A stretch of 64,000 nt of DNA, from NCBI GenBank assembly GCA_963809865.1, contig CAWELL010000009.1:67263-131262 (forward strand), in the 5' to 3' direction. The notes beneath the pieces are model-generated. The model had not been told where the DNA came from. It worked only from the letters and a program-made list of their open reading frames with translations, and made no database searches. Of this stretch, positions 55,749-64,000 are shown piece by piece. This DNA comes from an uncultured Acidobacteriaceae bacterium. GTDB lineage: Bacteria > Acidobacteriota > Terriglobia > Terriglobales > Acidobacteriaceae. How positions within the stretch are numbered: position 1 is the first letter of the stretch; the number at the start of each line of letters is the position of its first letter. Position numbers and translations under genes: made by a program.

Positions 55749-56176
55749 CGGAATCGTGGTCGCTCATCACACTGACCTGTGACGAACTCGCTTGGTGGCT
55801 AGCCCTCGCTTGCGTACAATTGCAACGTTGAGGACGAGGGAGATTTGTCTCTTTCGCCCGATCGCGCCCTGAATGAGGAGGCGTGACGCACTCCAATCGT
55901 CATACCGAGTCTTGGCCGCTGTTAACCACTTTTAAATCACCCCAGCTACTCCACCCTCAAGAAATCGCACTTAAGTCCTTTCCTTGTAAGATTTTGCCTC
56001 TAAGTCTCACGCGCTCAAGATTTTGCGGAGATTTTTTTCACGCGGCTCAATCGTTTCAAGATTTTAGGGTAGGGTGGGGGGAGGGGGTACCTCCTGCACT
56101 GCACTCAATACGGTGCAATCGTCCGAAGCGCGGAGATGTTACCAACCAGCCAACATTAGTTTCACTTCGGAAGGAT

Positions 56177-56710
56177 TCAGGCGGGGTGAATTCGCGAGCC
56201 CTTGCCCTTTTTCTGGCACGCTTCGCAAATACCGTAGATCTGAAAGGTGTGACGGGTGGTGGTGTAGTGATTAACGCGTCCGATCTCCTGCTCCAGGCGC
56301 TCGATCTCGGCGGAGAAAAATTCCACCGAACTGCCGCACTCGGTGCACACCATGTGATGGTGATTGCGCCGATTATATTGCGCCTCATAGCGCGTGATGC
56401 CGTCGTTGAAGGCCACTTCACTGGCGAGGCCACACTCAGCCAGCAACTTCAGCGTGCGATACACGGTGGTGAAACCGATGCCGTCGTCTTTTTTCTTAAC
56501 CAGCCGGTAAAGCTCGTCGGTCGAGAGGTGATCGCGCGTGTCAAGAAAGGCGCGCAGGATGGTATCGCGCTGTGCCGTCTGCTTCAGGCCGACACGACGC
56601 AGATGGTTCTGAAAAAGCGACTGCGCCTCGCGCACATTTTCGCGCGAGATGGCTGGGTGATCGTCCACCCTGCTCTGCAACGCCGACGTACTGGCCCGCT
56701 TGCCCGGCAT
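56177..56710 (-). CDS. Fur-family transcriptional regulator (intact paralogue)
   Basis: 177-aa ORF with LKQTAQRDTILRAFLDTRDHLSTDELY, FTTVYRTLKLLAECGL, HHHMVCTECGSSVEF and YGICEACQ (two CxxC pairs). Confidence 0.85.
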   Translation of the reverse strand: MPGKRASTSALQSRVDDHPAISRENVREAQSLFQNHLRRVGLKQTAQRDTILRAFLDTRDHLSTDELYRLVKKKDDGIGFTTVYRTLKLLAECGLASEVAFNDGITRYEAQYNRRNHHHMVCTECGSSVEFFSAEIERLEQEIGRVNHYTTTRHTFQIYGICEACQKKGKGSRIHPA

Positions 56711-56765
56711 GGTTTTTCAATCGGAAAGGACGCCAACAGCATAGCACTGGAACAATGCGCTGCTC

Positions 56766-58061
56766 TTAGTTTTGATCTGAACCTGGCGCACGCTTCAGGG
56801 TGGGGCGATCGGGATCGTCGCTGCCCTGGCTGGAGGAAGATCCACTGCCCGTATTCGTCTGGGTGTTACTACCTGCAGTGCGATTCAGCAACACCGGCCT
56901 GTGACTGTCCGCGCTGCCGAACTGCTGCTTCATGTCGAGTCCCAGCAGCCGTGCTTTTACCTGATCGAACTCACTGGTGTCCACAATGTAACTTTCGCGA
57001 TCAGGAAGATACTGGCGAATCTCATTCTGCGCTGCCGCCACGCGGTCGGCGTTCATCGGATGGGTGGAGAACATCTTCGCCAGCTTGCGATGTTTCGTTT
57101 TCTCGTCCACGTTCAGCTTCTCGAAAAATTGCACAAACGCCTGGGGATCATAGCCCGCGGCGTAGTCATATTCCAATCCCAGCAGGTCGGCTTCGCGTTC
57201 GGCGTCGCGCGAAAACTTCAGAAAGGTCATAGGCACGGCGATGCTGGCAATCTCAGCAATGGCGTATCCCGCCGGACCACCGACAAACATCAGCGGAATC
57301 GATGCCAGATTCCAGATCTCCGATTTAGTCATGTTCTTGGTCGCATGACGCGCCGCCACATGCGCGATTTCATGCGCCATCACGCCCGCCAGTTCGGCTT
57401 CATTGTCGGCGGCGAGGATCAGCCCGCTGTCCACGTAGAAGAAGCCGCCGGGCAGCGCGAAGGCGTTCACTTCTTCGTTGTCCAACACCTTAATGGTGAA
57501 GGGTACCCGCGCGTCGGAGTTGCGCACCAGGTTCTGACCGATGCGATTGACGTATTCGGTAACCACCGGATCGGTCACCAGCTTCGAGGTGGCTTCTACC
57601 TCTTTGGAGAGATCCCGGCCCAGCGCCATCTCGCGATCGAGCGAGTAAAAGTTGATGCCGCCGGCAACTTCACGCTGACCGATGAGGCGAACATCATACT
57701 TCGGCTTCAGCGGCTCGGCGGGAGCGACGCTCGCGGTGGGAACCATCGACTTCGCGGCACTGGGCGGCGGAGCTGGCAGTGGCTCGCTCATCGCCGCTTC
57801 TACCGAGGCCTTCGCTTGCGAAGCGTCTGGCGGCAGCGGAGCATCAGGCGGAACTGAAACGGACTGCAGTTTGAGGGAGTCGACCTGGCTGGCAATCGAA
57901 GGGCCAGCCGTTGCAGTAGATGCGTCCTGCGCTAATAGCGCAACCGGCACGATTGCCAGAGCAACACAGACCGCACAGCACAACCATCTGGAGTGGGGGT
58001 GATACGCGGACCGAGCGCTGCGGAGGAACTGCACGGTAGCCCCTATGATGTCGTTCTGCAA
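56766..58061 (-). CDS. secreted M48-family zinc metallopeptidase
   Basis: 431-aa ORF with the HExxH motif VMAHEIAHVAARH and a downstream glutamate region READ. It has an N-terminal hydrophobic anchor and a Ser/Gly-rich tail. Confidence 0.8.
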   Translation of the reverse strand: MQNDIIGATVQFLRSARSAYHPHSRWLCCAVCVALAIVPVALLAQDASTATAGPSIASQVDSLKLQSVSVPPDAPLPPDASQAKASVEAAMSEPLPAPPPSAAKSMVPTASVAPAEPLKPKYDVRLIGQREVAGGINFYSLDREMALGRDLSKEVEATSKLVTDPVVTEYVNRIGQNLVRNSDARVPFTIKVLDNEEVNAFALPGGFFYVDSGLILAADNEAELAGVMAHEIAHVAARHATKNMTKSEIWNLASIPLMFVGGPAGYAIAEIASIAVPMTFLKFSRDAEREADLLGLEYDYAAGYDPQAFVQFFEKLNVDEKTKHRKLAKMFSTHPMNADRVAAAQNEIRQYLPDRESYIVDTSEFDQVKARLLGLDMKQQFGSADSHRPVLLNRTAGSNTQTNTGSGSSSSQGSDDPDRPTLKRAPGSDQN

Positions 58062-58436
58062 TTATCCTGCTAAACCGCTAAGTCGGAAAGTGAAAGTTTT
58101 GCCGTCTCCGAGGGGCTTCCCCGCCTGCCAAATGCCGCCGTGTTTCGCGGTGTCTGCGCAACCTAGATGCCGAGCACGAAGAAGCGGCGGTCTGGAGCTT
58201 GGGTCTCAGTTGTCAGTATCCGTTGTCCGTCGGATCCGGCAGCCACCCGCCAAGTCAATTTTCACGCGCTTCGAGGATTTCGCGATCCCAGCGCGTTCCC
58301 GCGCGTGCAATGAGTTGAGCGCTGTCGCTGCCCGCCTCACCACATTCGCACCGCGGAAGACCCTCGGGGGTTGGCTGGAAGTTGGCGGCTGGCAGCTCGC
58401 GGTTCGAAATCTGACACCTGACACCTTCTTCCTGCC

Positions 58437-58465
58437 TTGACAACTGCCTTGTCAACCTTTATGAT
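58437..58465 (+). promoter_or_regulatory. sigma-70-type promoter of groESL (TTGACA-17 nt-TATGAT)
   Basis: TTGACA at 58437..58442 and TATGAT at 58460..58465, with a 17-nt spacer, lie directly upstream of the CIRCE element. Confidence 0.7.
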
Positions 58466-58491
58466 TAGCACTCGTTGGTAGTGAGTGCTAA
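58465..58491 (+). promoter_or_regulatory. CIRCE operator (HrcA binding site)
   Basis: TTAGCACTC-GTTGGTAGT-GAGTGCTAA is a perfect match to the CIRCE consensus TTAGCACTC-N9-GAGTGCTAA. It lies 150 nt upstream of groES. Confidence 0.9.
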
Positions 58492-58641
58492 CACTCCGGC
58501 CATCCCGCCGTCCAACAAGGGACTAACCCGAAGTTTTCATTAGGAATTGCCGGTCAGGCGCAACTTATGTATCGCGCTCGAACCCGGCGGTTCCTCAGCC
58601 CAAATAAATCGACCTAAGAGCAATTGAAAGGAGTTACAAGA

Positions 58642-58965
58642 ATGGCTACCAAGCTGACTCCCCTGCACGACCGGATCGTAATTCGTCGTGTGGAAGAGGC
58701 TGAAACTACCCGTGGCGGCATCATCATTCCTGACTCGGCGAAAGACAAGCCGCAGGAAGGCGAAGTGATCTCTGTTGGCCGCGGCAAGACCAACGACAAG
58801 GGCGAGACCTTCCCCCTTGATGTGAAGGCGGGCGATCGCGTGCTGTTCGGCAAGTACGCCGGCACCGAAATCAAGATCGACGGCGAAGACTTCCTAATCA
58901 TGCGTGAGGAAGAAGTGCTCGGCATCCTGGAAGGCGCTAGCAAGCCCGCGGTGGTCCACAAGTAA
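58642..58965 (+). CDS. groES: co-chaperonin GroES
   Basis: ORF trimmed to [46 protein letters not shown] (AAAGGAG RBS). Confidence 0.95.
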   Translation: MATKLTPLHDRIVIRRVEEAETTRGGIIIPDSAKDKPQEGEVISVGRGKTNDKGETFPLDVKAGDRVLFGKYAGTEIKIDGEDFLIMREEEVLGILEGASKPAVVHK

Positions 58966-58980
58966 GGTCACCCACAATGT

Positions 58981-59015
58981 GGGTGCCCCATCCTTCCTGT
59001 GTTTGGGAAGGGTGG
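58981..59015 (+). repeat. REP-like hairpin (variant CCATCCTTCC) in the groES-groEL spacer
   Basis: GGGTGCCCCATCCTTCC-TGTGTTTG-GGAAGGGTGG has a 10-bp stem with one G-U pair. Confidence 0.65.
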
Positions 59016-59022
59016 CAGCGAA

Positions 59023-59095
59023 GTTTTGAAAGGGCACGACTTCGGCCGTGGCGAGCGCAACAGTTTTGAAAGGGCACGACTTCAGTCGTGCCGAG
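59023..59095 (+). repeat. two 33-bp direct repeats (period 40) GTTTTGAAAGGGCACGACTTC..GTCGTGCCGAG in the groES-groEL spacer
   Basis: Unit B (59063..59095) has a perfect GGCACGAC-TTCA-GTCGTGCC hairpin. Unit A (59023..59055) is a degenerate copy. Confidence 0.75.
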
Positions 59096-59123
59096 AGAGC
59101 TAACCAAAGATTCGGGGCTTTAG

Positions 59124-60806
<1,683 letters not shown>

Positions 60807-60853
60807 GAGCAGTAGCTAGCAATTAGCTGAAAGCTGGCGATATGAATTGGGTG

Positions 60854-60889
60854 CCCCACTCCGGCTGTATTTGTCGGGGTGGGGTTTTT
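60854..60889 (+). terminator. groEL terminator (REP-like head GGTGCCCCAC forms the stem)
   Basis: CCCCACTCCG and CGGGGTGGGG form a 10-bp stem (one G-U pair) with an 11-nt loop, followed by TTTTT. Confidence 0.65.
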
Positions 60890-60907
60890 ATTTGCGGGTA
60901 CCAGTCT

Positions 60908-62176
60908 CTAGGGCGTAAGCTCATAGGCGATGGCGCCGTTGTTGCCGCCCTGCGTCACTCCATAAATATTGCCAGTGTTGTTATCGAGGACAATGCCTAG
61001 CGGCCACCACCCATCAGTGTAGTAGTTGAAATCGTGGAGCGAGGTATAGGCCCACATTCCGTTCGAAGGTGCGAGGCTAAACGTATTGCCGCCTGAGTTG
61101 TACACCCCGGTGTTGTCGGACGTGCCGTACAGATTACCTGCGGCATCAACAAGCAGGTTTGCATTGCACTGCGCATAGTAGGCCGCAAATTTGTAAATTG
61201 CCTTGTAGGTCCATCCGTTGTCGCCCGGCGACAACTCGAAAACTCCGGCGCCGCCCGGGTCTCCGTCCTGACCAACACTCGTACATCCGTAGAGATTGCC
61301 CGATGAGTCAACCGTCACAGCAGTATCCGAATATCCTCCATCCCCGGTATTGAAGGCGTGCAGCACAGATTCAGAGCCGTTTGGGGTTACCTTGAACACT
61401 ACGCCCCAAGCTATGCCGCCGAGTTGAGTGGTCCCGTAAAGGTTTCCATTGGCGTCAAGTGTGAGGTTGCTCAAGGGTCTCGCACCGTCCCCGAGGCCCG
61501 CAAAGGTATAGAGGACGGAGTAGTTCCATTCGCCGTTGGAACGCGTCAGTTTGTAAACCACGCCGCAGCCATATTCGCCGCCGCAACCGTGTGATCCTCC
61601 GGCGCTGGTTGTGCCATACAGATTGCCCGCCGCATCAGCAACCACACCGCCGTAAGGGTATAGATCCGGGTTGTTCTCGCAGCCGAAGTCATGTAAGCGG
61701 GTGAGCGTCCAATGGGCATTTATAGTAGCCGAAACTCTGGCGCTGGAAGGAGTGAGTTGGAATACAGTGCCATCGCCGCAGGCGCCGCCAAGCTCGGTGG
61801 TTCCGTAGAGAACACCGCCGGAGCCGAGCAGCAATTGCCCCATCGGCAGGTAGCCGTTGCTGGTTTCCGGACCGAAGAGGTAAATGATCGAAAAGCTCCA
61901 ATGCGAGCCTTGCCGGCTGAGTTCGAAGATCAGCCCGCACCCCTGGAAGTCCGGATCGCAGGTATAAGGTCCGCCATAGACGGCGTTACCGTAGAGATTT
62001 CCGCTAGCATCCATTACCAGACTGGTGGGTACCCAGCCGCCATTTTCGTCAAGAAAGTTGTGAAGCACGGTCAAGGTTTGCGCCTGCGCCGCTTGTGTGG
62101 CAACGATCACCGGCAGGCCCGCTATGGCAATAGCCAGCACGGCAATTTTCGTCCAGTTCCAGACATGTTTTGTCAT
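60908..62176 (-). CDS. secreted GloVer (Gloeo_Verruco) tandem-repeat beta-propeller-like protein
   Basis: 422-aa ORF with a signal peptide. It has 7-8 units such as GVLYGTTELGGACGDGTVFQL, GNLYGTTSAGGSHGCGGEYGCGVVYKL and GNLYGTTQLGGIAWGVVFKV. Confidence 0.8.
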   Translation of the reverse strand: MTKHVWNWTKIAVLAIAIAGLPVIVATQAAQAQTLTVLHNFLDENGGWVPTSLVMDASGNLYGNAVYGGPYTCDPDFQGCGLIFELSRQGSHWSFSIIYLFGPETSNGYLPMGQLLLGSGGVLYGTTELGGACGDGTVFQLTPSSARVSATINAHWTLTRLHDFGCENNPDLYPYGGVVADAAGNLYGTTSAGGSHGCGGEYGCGVVYKLTRSNGEWNYSVLYTFAGLGDGARPLSNLTLDANGNLYGTTQLGGIAWGVVFKVTPNGSESVLHAFNTGDGGYSDTAVTVDSSGNLYGCTSVGQDGDPGGAGVFELSPGDNGWTYKAIYKFAAYYAQCNANLLVDAAGNLYGTSDNTGVYNSGGNTFSLAPSNGMWAYTSLHDFNYYTDGWWPLGIVLDNNTGNIYGVTQGGNNGAIAYELTP

Positions 62177-62449
62177 GGTTTCCTCCTTCGCAAAGCAGTT
62201 TCACCTGAGGGCCGTATAGTCTCTGCTAGATATCAATCCGTATTGTAAAGTCGCGCGCGGAAGCCCAACCATCACAAGAGAAAGCAGCGCGAACGTAAGG
62301 GAGGAAATTCGAGATGGCTGGCCGAAGTGGCTCATGCAGCACCTCCTGTGTGCCGTTCATTCAGAATGTCTGCTGCAGTTTCCGGTTTCCCCGCCTTTGT
62401 CAATAATTTGTCATTCTTCTCAACATGAGCCTGCCCATCGGCAGTCGCA

Positions 62450-63865
62450 CTATCTTATCGGCGGCACGTACGCCATATATCGCGCGAAGAGCCAGCACAG
62501 GAAAAATACTATCGGTATATGGACAAACATCTGTAACACGGTGTAGCCCACAAGGTACCGTGCCTTGAGCTTCAATATCCCGAGCAGCGGAAGCATCCAG
62601 AACGGATTGACTAAATTCGGTAGAGCTTCTGCCGCGTTATAGATTTGCACCACCCATCCTAGATGTACCTGGTGAAGGTTCGCCGCCTGCAACACATACG
62701 GCGCCTCGATAATCCACTTGCTTCCGCCGGAAGGTACGAAGGTACCCAGTATTGCCGAGTACAGTGCAACCAGTAGCGGATAGGTTCCGTGGGTAGTCAC
62801 GCGCGCGAAAAGATCGGCGAGCCACGCTGAAATACCAGTACCAACGATCATCCCAAAAATAACCGCATAGAAGGGAAATTGGATGAGCACCCCTCCAGTG
62901 GCCGGCACTGCGTCAGCGACGGAGCGAACAAAGTTTCGCGGCTTCCAGTGCAAGAGCAGACCGACAGTGATGAACATCAGGTTGTAGGTATTCAGGTCGA
63001 GTGCTGCCAGCGCGCCTTGCGGCGAGGTGCGGAAGAAGTCGATGAGGTACCACACCATCAACGCGCCGACGAAGATCGTCAGCAGCGGACTATACTCCAG
63101 CCACTCGCCCGGCTTGGTACGCTGCTCGGCAAGTTGTGGTCGAACATCGACTGTTATGCCGAAGTCTTCCGCCGTTCGCGCATTCTCAGCCGACGGCGCC
63201 GAAAGATACGCGATCATAACGGACACCACCACCAGTACCGCTGCCATAGTCATGCTCTGCCACAGGAACAATGTCTGACGTAGTGGGATGAGTCCCGAAA
63301 CAGCGAAAAGCGCCGGCGGAATCGAACTTTTGGTCGCCATCAGCATGGCCGCCGAGGACGAAAGCCCCAGCGCCCAGGTCGCACCCAATCCGAGGTACGA
63401 AGCCGCCCCCGCTGCGCGGTAGTCCATGCCTTTCACGCGCTTCGCCATCTCGCGGGTCAGCAGTCCGCTGAAGATGAGGCTCAGCCCCCACGAGATCAAC
63501 GAGGTCAGCATCGAGAACAGCGCAATCAGCGCGACCGCACCCCGCCCCGTCTTCGGCACTCGCGCCAGAGCCACAATCAGTCGATTCACCAGCGGCGTGG
63601 TCGCGACCACGTACCCGCCAATGATGATCATCACCATCTGCATGGTGAAGGGCACCAGCGTCCAGAAATTCTTCACGCCCTGCACCGCCAGCTTCGACGC
63701 GGATTCGTGCAGGCAGAGGCCGGCCAAGAACACGACCACAATGCCGAGCAGCGCGAAAACCAGCGGATCAGGAAACCAGCGCTCGCTCCAGTTGGCAAGG
63801 CTCAGTCCGAAACGCGCCAGCCCCGACTCACTGCTTCTGTTGTCTCTCTGCGATTGAGCTGTCAT
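62450..63865 (-). CDS. atoE: short-chain fatty acid transporter (AtoE family)
   Basis: 471-aa polytopic ORF. The N-terminus FGLSLANWSERWFPDPLVFALLGIVVVFL and the overall length resemble AtoE/TIGR00366 proteins. Confidence 0.7.
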   Translation of the reverse strand: MTAQSQRDNRSSESGLARFGLSLANWSERWFPDPLVFALLGIVVVFLAGLCLHESASKLAVQGVKNFWTLVPFTMQMVMIIIGGYVVATTPLVNRLIVALARVPKTGRGAVALIALFSMLTSLISWGLSLIFSGLLTREMAKRVKGMDYRAAGAASYLGLGATWALGLSSSAAMLMATKSSIPPALFAVSGLIPLRQTLFLWQSMTMAAVLVVVSVMIAYLSAPSAENARTAEDFGITVDVRPQLAEQRTKPGEWLEYSPLLTIFVGALMVWYLIDFFRTSPQGALAALDLNTYNLMFITVGLLLHWKPRNFVRSVADAVPATGGVLIQFPFYAVIFGMIVGTGISAWLADLFARVTTHGTYPLLVALYSAILGTFVPSGGSKWIIEAPYVLQAANLHQVHLGWVVQIYNAAEALPNLVNPFWMLPLLGILKLKARYLVGYTVLQMFVHIPIVFFLCWLFARYMAYVPPIR

Positions 63866-64000
63866 AAGCGATGCTCTTCCCCTATCTCAAAACTGTGCAA
63901 CTTTGTTAAATGCCGCAAAGTCTAGCACAGGGCCTCAGTCAGGCCGCCAATACTTGGAGGAAAAAAAGCCATAGAAAAGCAGTCAATCCAGTGAAACGGC

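Noticed and set aside
56212-56230. TGGCACG..GCAA resembling a sigma-54 -24/-12 promoter
   Set aside because: The spacing and the -12 element do not fit TGGCACG-N4-TTGC, and the site lies inside the fur-paralogue coding region.
55883-57232. 449-aa plus-strand ORF spanning the fur paralogue and the start of the M48 protease region. This entry also covers similar long antisense ORFs at 24547..25431, 32576..33304, 41510..42397, 42450..43205, 46225..46905, 47430..48074 and 56901..57857.
   Set aside because: Each lies opposite a gene with clear family motifs. Their translations are Arg/Gly/His-rich and motif-free.

Overview
This 64-kb window is a high-GC chromosomal segment (high-50s % by eye, not computed). 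It looks like an Acidobacteriota (Terriglobia-type) soil bacterium. The indicators are a CarboxypepD_reg-type TonB-like receptor, PEP-CTERM and GloVer-repeat secreted proteins, a giant Ser/Thr-kinase-TPR protein, and many GGTGCCCCA-type REP hairpins. No database search was possible, so this placement is an inference.

I support about 50 tightly packed protein genes. I saw no rRNA, tRNA or CRISPR array. Recognisable core genes:
- groES-groEL with a consensus promoter and CIRCE operator
- murA, ugd, cyaY, rmuC and a glutathione peroxidase
- an orphan nuoB
- two Fur-family regulators, an ECF sigma factor and an HD-GYP response regulator
- a PLP-dependent decarboxylase, an M48 protease and an AtoE-like transporter
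- many secreted beta-propeller, lectin and FN3-like proteins

Observations most worth a second look:
1. An accessory patch at about 50.5-55.7 kb holds two identical REP-RAYT-REP cassettes in direct orientation 1,557 bp apart. It also holds a decayed TPR gene between them and an orphan Rhs C-terminal tip with an unassignable 239-aa toxin-like domain. A TonB_C-containing membrane protein sits in the immunity position, and a GloVer gene fragment lies nearby.
2. Three otherwise intact genes each carry a single extra nucleotide near the 3' end or middle, at about 40072, 45620 and 48189. Skipping that base restores the conserved sequence.
3. A dense TTGCA(A/C) array and a perfect 11-bp-arm palindrome overlap the RBS of one fur-family gene.
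4. A single-gene TIR/NDT-like plus DUF4071 (ASK1-type TPR) protein.
5. A CDP-paratose-epimerase-like / B12-radical-SAM / UDP-glucose-dehydrogenase operon.
6. A PEP-CTERM sorting signal that is not C-terminal.
7. REP and other hairpin repeats inserted inside the groES-groEL spacer.

All family assignments come from motifs I recognise in the translations and need HMM/BLAST confirmation.
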